From positions 3,263 through 67,262 of the forward strand of contig NW_005434539.1 of NCBI RefSeq assembly GCF_000315625.1: DNA of 64,000 nt, read 5' to 3'. This document shows positions 48,146-60,115 of this stretch, piece after piece. The DNA comes from Guillardia theta CCMP2712 (taxonomy: Eukaryota > Protista > Cryptophyta). Every line of letters starts with the position of its first letter. Position 1 is the stretch's first letter. The translations under genes were made by a program, and so were the position numbers. The notes below the pieces were generated by a model. It was not told the origin of the DNA. It did not search any database and saw only the letters and a program-made list of their open reading frames with translations.

Positions 48146-48379
48146 GGCGAGCACGGAAGTGGTTGGTGCACGCGAGAGGGGACTCTCAATACAAAACACT
48201 CAGATAGTCGGGAGAACTTCCCGAACTGGGCTTATCGCGAAGCGTTGCGAGGTGAGACCAGGATTGCGGAGGTTCTATGAAACGACTTATGTTTCAAGTT
48301 GCTGGGGGATGATTTGTAGTTGAACCGTCGCATACTGAGCTGAGCGACTGTACGACTGGTCATAGAGCTTTGGATAGAT

Positions 48380-49075
48380 ACAGTTCTGTGCGGCTGCGGC
48401 CGCCGTCCGATCCGATGAGAGTCACCGGGGGCGCCGCGGGCCGGTGATCGGACCCGCCGCCGGGGGGCCACCGTGATAACGGTACGGTCCGGTCACGGCA
48501 CTCAACGCCGCCGTACTATCATATCCTTTCACTCAATCAAGCCTAAGGAACGGTTACTGAGTTAGTAAAACTGATCACGGTACGAGGACCGTGACAATTA
48601 ACTGAGTTAGCCCGGATTCAGAGCAGACCGGGTACTACCGGCGGGCGGCGCCCGGCCGCTACCGTACGGTCACCCGGGTTTTACTGAGTGCGGTAGTACA
48701 GAGCGGCCTGCCAGCCGCCGGGAGGCCCTTCCGAAGTTCGGCTGAGCCGGGAGCCGGGAGCCTGACGGCCGCCGGTGTGCAGTATCGGATTGGACCGTCC
48801 CGGATCGTCACGGCGTCGTGCCAGCGGCGCCGGCGAGAGAAGAAAAGACGGCCCGTACAGTGAGAAAAACTTGTATCAGCGAGTGACATTGGCATTCAAG
48901 TTCCTAGACCGGGAAGTTCGGACCGCCGCCCCAAGTTTCTGCCGTGCCGTACGGTACGGTACGGTAGGCCCTCACTCGGGTCAGCCAGGCACAGCCTGTG
49001 AGCTGCTCAGTGACTCGGCCCCCGGGCCGGGAGAGCAGCCCGGCCGGGATGAGGGCCGACAGGGAAGCGCCCCAA
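48380..49075. promoter_or_regulatory. GC/CpG-rich island between divergent genes, with heavily interrupted element copy at 48526-48598
   Basis: The element consensus is recoverable after removing short insertions. Confidence 0.55.
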
Positions 49076-49199
49076 ACGCATGAGAGGGATGGGAGGTAGC
49101 GCGAGGGAGGAGGCGCGAGGGAGGAGGCGCGGAGTGAGAATGACGAACAACATGGCAGATTTTGATGCACCCATGGCTTTCTGAGGTCACAAGAGAGCA

Positions 49200-52100
49200 A
49201 TGCCGCGGGGAGCTCGTCGAGGGATGAATCCTGTACTTTCACACAATGACACGATAAAGAAACCCTGACATTTCACCATCGATCCTGCCCCTCCCCCCCT
49301 CCCAGAACTCTTGCTGGGCTATAGGGATTCTTGTCTTCTTCTCCACTATTGTAAACGGAGGGCTGGACAAGTCCGCACTAGGATCTTTCCCTTCCATTGC
49401 CCCTACAGGTAACGATTGCTCATGTTTTTGCTCCCTTGTTTGCTCCCAGACCAGAGGCTGAGGAGATTTCGAAGGCCTGCGAGTCGTTCTCAGGCCGACG
49501 CTGTGCTTGCGAGGAGGGCTGCCGGGTGCAAAGAAGGCAACCGACGAGGACTGGAGCCAGGAGTCAGAGGAATATGATGATGACAACAATGCGCAGGTCA
49601 GCTCCCCGTCTTGTGTGCTCAGTCTTACTGTAAGGCAGATAAACCAAGCCTGGGAGCAATACCTTGACGAGCAGAGGCTGGTGGATGAGATGCGGACACG
49701 TTGCTGTGCCTATGAGCTCTGATGCCCTTGCACAGAGGGATCCGCCTGAGGGCAGTGACGGATCAGAAGCCGAGGACGATCCATGGGAAGAGGGAGGAAT
49801 GTGAGATGGACGACGTGTGCACACGCAGCGATGTGGCTGACGGGAATGCGTGCGAGCAGACGCGAACGAGCAGGAGGGCAGAGGGCTGATGATGGGGAGA
49901 CACAGATCAGGGATCGGTGTTGTGCTGTGGTGACATGTAGGGGAGACCAATGCCTGTTGGCAGAACTCTCAACGGAGATCGAGAGATCAAGGGCCAAGAT
50001 GGCAAGCAGTCCAATGGTGAAGAAAGGTAGTGCGGCACGTGCTGTCATGCTCGTGTTGATGCAGCTTGTTGTATTGCAGCGATGAAGCAGAGGGCTCCTC
50101 GGACAGTAACAAGTACTTGGACGAATCGGCTGATTCAGATGGCCTGCACCATAAGAGCAAGTTCGATGAAGTCCACCAGAGCTCGACGACGAAAGAAGAG
50201 TTCAAAGTTAGCATCGATATGCTCAGAAGGAAAGGTGCTCCCTGATACCTTGTTGAGAATGACGACGAGACAGGTGGCATGAAGAGATGAAAAATCAGCA
50301 ATTAGACCAGATGAAGAGTAATCTGCTGCAGGGAGATACACAGGTTGTTCTTGTTCTTGTCTCCTTTGCTGCTTCCTTGTTCCTTAATCCTTTTTCTCTT
50401 CTTTTTCGTTGATCTTCTCATCATGCAGGCCGCACTTCAAAGCATCCACAAAGCAAACATCCGAAGTCGGGACTTCAACATGACCAACCTACTCGAATTT
50501 GGTTTCAAGTGCTTGAACGATTCCCATCCCCGGGGATCAGGCTTGATTGGACTATCGCCCGAGGAGGAAAAACGACTGGTGTACGACGAGCAGGTAGTGT
50601 CGTGCTTCATCAGTCACTAGATGGGGGCTGATGGACAATGGAACCTAGTTGACTAGTCAGGACCTCTACAAGATGTACAGGTGAAGTGTTTTCTGAAAGC
50701 TGTGAGGCTGATTGAGCCTTGACGCTTCTCTTGTAGTGGGTGGGACCCGATGGAGATCATGGAAGATTTCCGTCATCTTGAGGCCAAGATGAACACGATC
50801 AGGGTCCCAGCAGAAGTGAGTTCCTTTGCCGCCAGCATACAGATGCTGAAACGACGCTCAGATCGAAGACCTCAAGAGCGCAGTCTTCCTGAGTCTGGAA
50901 ATGGGGAGGAGGCTGCTGGTCAGCCCGGGAGACTACCAGTGGAAGGACAGGTGAACTTTCTGCGCACGTTCATATCAGCTCATTGCTGGAAACTAATCTG
51001 CCCTGCCAGGCTGATCATCGAGTCCTCCAGCGCCGACACGAAGCTGAAGCTGTTTGGAGGAGACTGCGTTATAGAGGATCTGAAGCAGTTCGAGGTCGGA
51101 GGCAGCATCGGAGCACACACACGACTCTGGGGACAGTGGGCGTTGCACAGGTAGGGAGCCCTGAGCTCTCGAATTGTGCCCCGTTCTATTGTCAGTTGAC
51201 GGCGTTCGCTCAGCGGAACCTGGGGGACCATGTACAACGCTTCCTTTGTGCATGAGCTGGAGACTAGGTAGGCAGGAGGAGGAAGAGAGCGGCAGCGGTG
51301 TGGGGCGGAGGGAGGGGTTAATCGAACCTGCCACAGGGGAGGGGCTGCACTGTTTATCATCGTGGGAGGGACAACAGCATTTCCATGGTCCTTCTATGGA
51401 GTTCAGGTCTGTCTTGCAGCCCTCCTCCCTCCTCCCTCCTCCCTCCCTTCTCCCATCCCTTCCTTACCTTTCCCTCTCCTCCTTTTTCTTCTGCTGCTCA
51501 CTCGGGTGCAGGCTCGCTGCAGCGGAGGAATCTCCATACTTCAGGCCCAGACCTCCTTTACCTCCATCATCGGCTCCATCGTTGTGAGACATCCTCTCTT
51601 CTTTCCCGTGTACCCTCCGACAACCTCCTCCTCTTCTGCCGTTCCTCGTCACGACTCTACCGTCTCTCCTCACTTCCCTCCGTCTCTCCTAGCAGCTTCT
51701 TCCTCCTCCTCCCTTCCTGCCCTCACCAAGTTCATCGCAGGGGGGGGCATCGTCCGACCTCAACGAGACAGCCACCTACGGCATGGTGCTTATGGAACAG
51801 GCACACAGTATCCTGCAAGCCTCCACGCTGGGGTATGCGGAGATCTCCGGGATCCGCCTGCTGGGGGATGGGGTGGCGGTGCTGGACAAGTGCATCGTCT
51901 CAGGATGCAAGTTTGGGTTCAAACTGTCCGATCGCTGCAAGACGCTAGTGAGGAACTCGACGTTTGTTGACAACAACGTGTCTGCCTTCTACGTCGAGGA
52001 CGAGCTGGAGCAAGGTGAGGACGGAGGGACAGAGGGGAGGAGGGAGCCATGGAAGGGACGGAAGGGACGGGAGGGACAGGAAGGACGGGGAATCGAAAGG

Positions 52101-55100
52101 GAGAGGGGAGGGAGGATAGAAATGTGCGAAAGAAACAAACAGAGATAGAAACACAGATAGAAAGTTTCTCTCTTCCCTCTTACAACTCGCATTCCAGAAA
52201 TCCAGGTGCCGACCTCTCTGGTTCAGATGGTTGTCGCATACTCGAATGTCATTCCCAACTCTTCACTCCCGGCGGAGACAAAGAGGTCTCTACCCAGCAG
52301 GATGATCCAGCGAGTTTGGCACCAGAGGGCCCTTCCTGGGACTCTGCTGGAGAAGGTGGAGGCAGTGAACTGGCACTGTGTGTTGATGTTGGCTTCAGGG
52401 AAACAATTTCCTTCCCCTTGCAAACATCACCGAGGATCAGGTTGACCCCTTCGCCAACAAGAGCATTGACTTGTTCAGGAGCGAGATCTTGTTCAAGGAC
52501 CAGGAGGAGCCTGAACAGGCCGCAAAGAAGCCCTTCGCCCCTGTCCAACATGACCACCTCCTCGTTCCCGTCCCCGAGGATAAAGCAGCGGCTGATGCGT
52601 ACAGGAGGCTGCAGAAGTTCATTGACAGGTACACGGTCCATGACTATGAATCAAGACTGTGCTGACTGACAACTTTCGTAAGGAACGGGTGTAGGAAGAT
52701 CTTGGCGAGAGCAAACGAGATCAACTCGCGCAATCTGACTTCCCCCTTCGTCTTCATGGTCTGCCCTTGCCCCTTCTTCCTCACCGGTATGACCCTTGCT
52801 TCAGACGAACTCGACAGGTTTCGTTGTCGTGAACTCTCAAACTCGGGAAGAGGTTGTAACATGGATGTCAGCCGTCTGCTTGCTGACTTAGTGTGTCTCA
52901 GGTTGCCGCATGGGACAAGATTGAAGCCGGGAGACCGTGAGTGACGTTTCTAACGAGCACAGAAGAGCTGAGATGATATTGAAGATACGAAGTCTTGATC
53001 TCTTGCCCTTCCTGCCACGTCAGGTTGCTCCCCCTCCGCTCTCTCAGACCCGACTGAAAGTTCATCGCAGGAGCCGCGTGAGATCAGGGCTGACGGGGAA
53101 GCTGCGGTGCAACAAGTGCAGGGCAGTCTTTCCTCGCGAGAAGACAGCAGCGGGTTAGCAGACGAGGCGCAGACGCTGCGATGACACGTCAGCAGGTGTG
53201 ACGTGCGTCGGGATAGACCCCAAGGTCGACAAGTGTATGCGGGAGAATGTTGTCGGAGACAGCATACAAGAGGTGCGATGCAAGGCTTGCTCCTGTTGTC
53301 CTGTCCCGTCCTCCGCTCCCTGCTGCCTCGATCACCTGACCTCCAGCTAGGTCGATGCTACCACTCACGCTATCCTTCCCCTCCCCGGGAACAAGTTTGC
53401 AGTTGTGAAGAGACCTGAGAAGATTGATGTGGAGAAAGAGAAAACGTCGAACAAAACAAGCCTGGCAGCCCAGCTGCAGGAGATCAAGAAGAAGGCTTCA
53501 GATGCACATCAGAACAAGTCAACCACGAGCCCTTGGATGGAAAACATGGCCAAGTTGCTGGAGAAAGGGAAGGTTGAGTGGAACTTGGAGACACGGGAGA
53601 TGGTAAGGAGGGAGGACAGATGAGCGAGGTTCGTATGCTCACCTTGACTGCAGATGTTCAACTCGAAGAATGAAGAGAAAGAGAAGGAGGAGGAGAAAGC
53701 AAAAGAGCCGGAGCAAACAAGGTTCGTGCGAGCTTGTCCCGAGGCCTCTTGAGACTGATAGCTTCAATGCTGTGTCGCTGCTCCCCATGGCAGGGAAGAG
53801 GTGGAGGGTCCAGGTGAGAGAGATCAGGCTGGGTAAGACCGTCTGACGCGAGCTTGGCAGAGCTGGAGAGGAAGGAGGAGGAGACCGGTCCTCGTCTGAC
53901 GCTCATGACTGGTGCTGGGCATGAAACGACAAGCTCTCGGGTGAGCTTTTCTCACTGTGATTGCAGGGAATACAACTGGAAATCCCATTGTCGATCGCGT
54001 TCTCAAAGATCAGGTCAGCCTGTACCATGTGCTGATAGCATCTGACACGACGGCTGTCATCAGGGAGTAATCATGACTGGTGATGACCGTCCGTTCGGTA
54101 TCAGAAGCCCGACAGACGTTCGTCAAGAGGTGGAGGAGTCAAGAGATGGAGAGCTAGCAGCCCGCCAGGTCAAGGACGCGTACACTACCCAGGACGTGGA
54201 AGAAGGGAATGAGCAGGAGCATGCAGCAGGGAAGGGAGCAAGTGCATCATGGGATGCTGTAAAGGAAGGAAAGGATGACTTGGAATGGTCGGATTCACAA
54301 CAAGATTCTTCACAAGTCCAGAAGGACATTGAAAGAGCTTATCTCCAGTATAAACAACAACACCCCGTCAATCCCCAGGTCAGGTCTTGCTCAATCAAAA
54401 ATGAAGTTGATGATGGTTGTGGTTGTGGTTGTGTGTTGGATTGTGAGTGGTGAGGAGAAGTATTGTTAGAGAATGTGATCATCGAAGGTTTTGTTTTATG
54501 ATTAGACATGATATCGCGTTTTTTGATTGTGAGACATTTTTCAGTTGATCAAGGAGATGAGGCAATATCGGCAAAATTTGTCTGATATTCAGGTCGATAA
54601 GCTGACTTGAAATGCCGCGTGCTGAAATTTTCTACATTGATCAGAACTACACCTTCGACTTCAACTTCACAGGAGGCGAGAAATTCCGAGACAACGCCCA
54701 AGTGCTTTCCGCGGCTTTTGAGATGTGGAAGAAGAAATCGAAGGGGAGAGGAAAGGCGGAGCAAGACATTGTTCTTGGAGACAACGAGCTGCAGGGGGAA
54801 GACAAGGAGGACGAGGAGGACGAAGAATATTCGGCGGACGAGGAGGGGGTCAGAGGGCTTGAGCCTTCGCTGCTCAAGAGCTTCAGGCGGCAGGTGCTGA
54901 CTGGAGTGCACCGAGCATGCTTGTCACTTTCAACTTGTAGATGGAAACTGCGGAGAACTTCTTTCAGAGTGTTGTAGGTCGCAAGGTGACGGCGGAGGAA
55001 GTGGAGGAGGAGAACCAGAGGAACAAGTGGAGTGGTTGGACAGGAAGAGGGAGGTGGAGCTCAGTTGAGAGTGACGGGGGGGGGAGGGCTTCAGTAGGAG

Positions 55101-55837
55101 CAGGAGCAGCAGGGGAAGATTCTAATCACTTTTGTTAGTTCGACAACCCAGAGGAGCAACAGAGTACAGGTGCTCCTTCTCCCCTTCCCCTACCCCTGCT
55201 CCGCTCCCCATCCTCCACGTTCACAAGCTGCCTTCCAGCGCAACTATTCTTCCCTCTTCCTTGTCTAGGCTGCGCACGCCTTTCCATCATATCCAGCCAT
55301 GCTCTTCCTTTTGTTTGGTCGCTCTTGCAGCTACCTACTGCTCTGAGTCGTGATTGGGCGGGCTGACGGCAAGACTGGCAGGACAAGAGCTTCGCTCGCA
55401 TTTCATAGAGCTTGGAAAGATGAAGACCGAGCTACACGAACCTGACGAGCCTTGGGTGCCGTCCTCCCTCCCTCCCTCCCTCTGCCTCTTCCTATCTCCT
55501 CTCTCCCTCTTCCTTTCTTTTCCTTCCCTTTCTCCCTCCTCCACCTCCTCCCCCGACCCGCACCTCCTGTTCTTGAAATGGTTGCTCGCAATCTGACTCT
55601 CATCATTCCAGCCTGAGGAGCTCAGGGAGCAGGTGCACGACCTCAAGCTGAAGCTGAAGCAGCTCATGTCAGAGATTTGGATCTACTGCGAGTCTGGAGG
55701 CTTCGAGAGGGTAAGAGAAAACCTTCTTTAAGAGAAACCCTCCTGGCTTCCTGCTTGACTCGTCCTAACAGGGTGAGCCTGTGGATGTACCGGCGATGAT
55801 GAAGACTCTGCGCACAATGGGCCTCATGGACAGATGA
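49200..55837 (+). CDS. Large multi-exon gene (or two adjacent genes) with a right-handed parallel beta-helix region and acidic/coiled-coil segments; function unknown
   Basis: Exons read LCLRGGLPG, IRVPAE/IEDLKSAV..LLVSPGDYQW, TRLWGQWAL, GIRLLGDGVAVLDKCIVSGCKFGFKLSDRCKTLVRNSTFVDNNVSAF (pectin-lyase-like repeats) and finally PAMMKTLRTMGLMDR*. The start and the continuity of the gene are uncertain. Confidence 0.5.
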
Positions 55838-55949
55838 CTTCCGACATGCGCACGATCACGCTGATAGCATGCCGCTCCAGTGCTCGCTGCTAGTACCAGG
55901 CCGCACTGAAGTAATAGATCAAAGGTGTCGCTCTCAGAGTTGCCTGTGT

Positions 55950-56255
55950 CGTTGGCCGCAGTCTTCACTGAGTCCCGCCGGGCAGTGAAGCCTGCGGCCA
56001 GTGTGAGTACCGCATGCCAGGCCATCACGCGGCTGACAGTGAGCCTCCGAATCTGGCCCAATGATCCGATCGGGGGCCGCACACCGAGTCGGGGCCCAGT
56101 AGTGGCCCCAGCGTACTGGCCGCGGGCAGGCCGCTAGCCGCTGACTCAGTGAGCCTTGCCTCCGGCGGCAGTGCCGGCGGCGGGCCGCGGCCTGGCCGGG
56201 CGGCGCCCCGGCGGAGCACCGGCCGTTGAATAATAATTGCTCGGAGGGCCGCCTC
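55950..56255. promoter_or_regulatory. GC-rich island upstream of RWP-RK copy 2
   Basis: Same vocabulary as the other islands. Confidence 0.5.
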
Positions 56256-56620
56256 GTAAAGCCTTTTTAGGTTGAATATCTTTCTGTGGAGGGTTTAAAA
56301 GTGTACCTCGTATGACTGGTTCGCCTAAAAACAGCCGAAAGGTATCCCAATGAAATGGCGATATTTCAGTTTTGAAAAAGTTGCGGGCATCCCCAAATAT
56401 CAAAAAGACGTGATTTCACAGAAGCTCTAGACCTCTCGATTCGAAATCCTTGAGTTTCACAAACCGCTGGCAAATCAGCAACCCTTGGCCAGGGGAAGCA
56501 GCGGAGTCTCGTCTGTCTGACTTCCTTGATCTCCCCCTCTCTCCCGTCGTCCTTGCTCCATCCACTGACACCTCCCTTCACTTCACTGTCCTTCCAGTCC
56601 CTGCTGAGCAAGTTGCACAT

Positions 56621-57298
56621 ATGGCAATCCCTCCTGCCCACCTTCCCTTTCCTCCTCCTCCTCCTCAAGTCGTGACCATCAACCCCCGCCCTCGCAACAC
56701 ATCTCGCTCTACCCCCGGCGATCTCCTCCCCCCCGTCAGCGTCTCCCTCGAATCCTTGCAGCCTCTCTTCTCCCGTAGTCAAGAGGACGCCGCCGCCTTC
56801 CTGGTGAGGCCCCACCATGCTTGTGCTGTGCGCTGGCTGACTGTGCGATGCGATCAGGGCGTGTCTCTTACGAGCCTCAAGAGCGCTTGCAGGCGTATCG
56901 GCATCGCCCGCTGGCCGTACACGAGGAGGACGTACAGCAGTCTGGACGCACGTCAGATAGAAGGAGAAGTAGAGGAAGATCAGATTGCCGTCCGCCCCGG
57001 ACAGTCTCCTAGTATGATGAGTTCTGTAGATGGCACAGAGAGTCAAAGTGACACCACGATGTTCGATCAAGTCGACGAGGAAGAGCAAAGTGGAGGAGAC
57101 AGAAACGAGGATTGGAACGTCTATCTTGAACTTAATTCTCCTCATAATCGTGACGACCAATATGGACAAGGCGAGGAGAAGCAGGGAGAGATAGATGGAT
57201 TGCGGCAGGCTCCGCTTTCAGGAGAAAGGCTCTTCACACCTGAGTGGTTGGCTCTATTTATGCGGCTAACGGACGAAGACATTGAGCTAGGGTTCTGA
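56621..57298 (+). CDS. RWP-RK transcription factor, copy 2 (one short intron)
   Basis: VSLESLQPLFSRSQEDAAAFL|GVSLTSLKSACRRIGIARWPY; core nearly identical to copy 1. Confidence 0.9.
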   Translation: MAIPPAHLPFPPPPPQVVTINPRPRNTSRSTPGDLLPPVSVSLESLQPLFSRSQEDAAAFLVRPHHACAVRWLTVRCDQGVSLTSLKSACRRIGIARWPYTRRTYSSLDARQIEGEVEEDQIAVRPGQSPSMMSSVDGTESQSDTTMFDQVDEEEQSGGDRNEDWNVYLELNSPHNRDDQYGQGEEKQGEIDGLRQAPLSGERLFTPEWLALFMRLTDEDIELGF

Positions 57299-57519
57299 TC
57301 GGTCAAGGGCACACAATTCGCTGATGGAGCCGATTTAGATGAATGACAAGACGACCAATGGTTCCGAGTTCAACGAGTATCATAGTATATTTCAACTGCC
57401 GCAGTGAAGCCTTTCAAGTTTTTCAAACGGCAAGCGCCCTTCAAGTGTTGTTTTCCATCTAAGATGATGAAGTTGAATGAATATTTTATTAGAAAATTTT
57501 CACAATCACTGACCTCAGA

Positions 57520-58130
57520 ATCGGCCGGGCCGGGATCCGCCGGCGGAGTCCAGCGGCCGCGATTGGCCCGGGCCCGCCAAGTCACAGTGGTGACTCGCCC
57601 GTAGTCGGACGGGTCAGTGTGTCCGCCCGGTCACCAGTAGTACCGTAACCGTACTGTGCGGCGGCCAGGACAACGCGCCGCGGGCCCGGTTGACTCCGGC
57701 CGCGGCCCCGGCCGACTCGGCGGCGAGTCGGACTGCCAGTGCCAGGAGGAGTCCGGAGGCTACTGAGTGGTAGTTAGTCAGAGGCACGCGCGTGACGCGT
57801 GCCGCGGGCAGTTCACTGGCCGCGGGAGTCGCCGGACCGACGGTCCGACGGCGGCGTCATACCGTACGGTAGTGTAACCGTGAACCGTGAACCGTGCCCC
57901 CCCCCCCCCCACACACACACACACCGTGCCGGCCCGGGCGCGGGCCCGGCGGCGCCGGTGACTCACTCGGTTCAAACCAAGCCGGGCTCTGCCCTGAGTG
58001 TCGGACTGCTGGGCCCCGCCCCCCGGGCCCCCGCCGTAGCCGGGACTCACTGTCAGTGACTCGGGACCTGGACTCCCGAGACGGTCCGATCGGTCCGATC
58101 GGCCGAGTACTCGGCTCAAACTCCCGTTCG
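57520..58130. promoter_or_regulatory. GC/CpG-rich island
   Basis: Same vocabulary; a possible degenerate element copy follows at 58128-58190. Confidence 0.5.
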
Positions 58131-59275
58131 TACTTGTTCACCCCAAACTTAACTGATACCTTCACTTAACTCCGTAGTAAGTTTTGAGAGCAGAAGTACC
58201 GAAACAATTATAGTCAATGACTTTGATACTACCATGATTGATGCACCCCCTGGTACTGGTTTCACTACCAGGTTCTAGAACAACTACCATGATCCAAAAT
58301 GTAGGGGTGGGTATGAAAAATGATAATCTAAAAAAGGTGGGGGTCGTCGAATCTGGAAGTTCTGTAAACAAATCATGCCAAGAGATGAAATTTACCGAAT
58401 CATGCTATAGTAAATTATGGCAGAGTCAGGACCCTTTGATTCACAAACAAAATCGTCCGACCAAGTGCCATTAAATATTGAAAAAGGGGGTAGGGTGAAT
58501 GACAAGGAGGGGAGTAGCAGGGTAGGGGCCTTTGGGATAGGGGTTACAAATCAACTATGGGGTTGGGGTGGATAAATTGTGGGTGGTCCAATGGGGAAAG
58601 CGTTGACAATAAAGGGTAGGGTAGTAAGGTTGTAGGGGGTAGGGGGTAGTGCTGCTCGAGCTGAGGCCATGGGTGACGTCTGAAAGGGAGTGAAGTGAGC
58701 GGGGATGAGGCCACTTTATTGAGGCATGGAGGGCAGCGACAGAGAATACAGATTCTTCTATTGGGGTACTAATGTAAATGGACAATGTGTTGAGGTCCGC
58801 CCTTGGAGGACGGGGGACGGGTTAACATGCGGGGGGAAATATGGAGGAACCCACGAGAACGCATGCGTGCAAGGGAGGGAGAGGAGGGAGGGGAGGGAGG
58901 GGAGAACAGAGAAATTTCTGTGCTCTCATGGGATATTCTGACTGTTGTCCATGCGCTCAATGGTTGTAATGGATGGAACAAGTCTTTGCATACAAACGAA
59001 TTGATAACGAATGAAGCGTGGAGTGGCGAGGGGCAGTTTCGGGAGCTAGGAGGTAGCGAGCAGGGCTGTAATGATAACAAGTTAAATGCATGGTGGAAAA
59101 TAGTCTAGAATCGCACCAAGCAAGGGCAAGCTCAGGATGATCGCAGGGGAATCAGAAGAATTTGAGTTCATGACGAAATGGTGGCCGTTTTATTAACCAG
59201 TCTTCCTTCTGCACAAGCGCGCACTCCTAACTTGTTTGTTGTTTCAGACATTTCTCTTCAAAATCTCACATAGCC

Positions 59276-59701
59276 ATGTCTGGATCAAGGAAAGGAAGTC
59301 TCAAGCAGAAGAGTGAACGCTTTGACTCGAACATCAACAAGCGGGGGAATGTGAAGCTCTGTAAGTGCCTGATTGTTTTGTTTACAAACTCCCATACGAG
59401 CCCCCCCCCCCCCTGTGTCGATTTTTTGCCTCCCTGTCTGGTAGAAATGATTCAGCCGTCTCTCTACCACTTCGTTTGTGATCCTTGCAGAAGCTGGTAT
59501 GTTCATATCTGACCTGAGTTGCTTGTCAGCCTCCAAGAAGGAGAAGCAGTTCACTGTCGGACCGGTGAGAAAGCTCTTGCGCCCTCCTCTTTGTCTCATC
59601 CTCTCCTTCAGATTGTACTTGCCTTCTTCTTGTTTGTGGTCGTCGGATCCTCGCTCCTTCAGATCATCCGTCAAGCTCAGAGCGGTCAGATGGAGGGATA
59701 A
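59276..59701 (+). CDS. SERP1: SERP1/RAMP4 stress-associated ER protein; 3 exons
   Basis: MSGSRKGSLKQKSERFDSNINKRGNVKL/SSKKEKQFTVGP/IVLAFFLFVVVGSSLLQIIRQAQSGQMEG*. Confidence 0.92.
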
Positions 59702-60115
59702 AGTGATGTGAAATCTCGATAGGTCACAGTCCCAAGTGAATGAAACAAACCATGAATGAGCAAGAGCGATAGGGAAACAGGGAAATGACGAGGAACCAAG
59801 AAGAGGAGGGTCAAGGAGCGAGATCACGGATGTGAAGGCGTTGTTTGTGAGGTTTGAGTGGAGAGAGGGAGTGCACCTATGTTGTCGTAGGCGAGTCAGG
59901 TCAAGATGCGCCGAGTTTCTTTCATTCTGATGACTGCACGTTGAGATGCAGAAGAAGTTTGACGCTCTGCCTTCCCCGATCCTCCAGCGTCACCTCAACT
60001 CTCCCTCCTCTACTCTGCCGCCACAGCCTCGAGGGAGTAGTGATAGTCTGCCCCATCATCTTGGGGATGCCTACTCGCCCTCCTCCTCTTGCCCGTCCCA
60101 TCACACCGTGACAGG

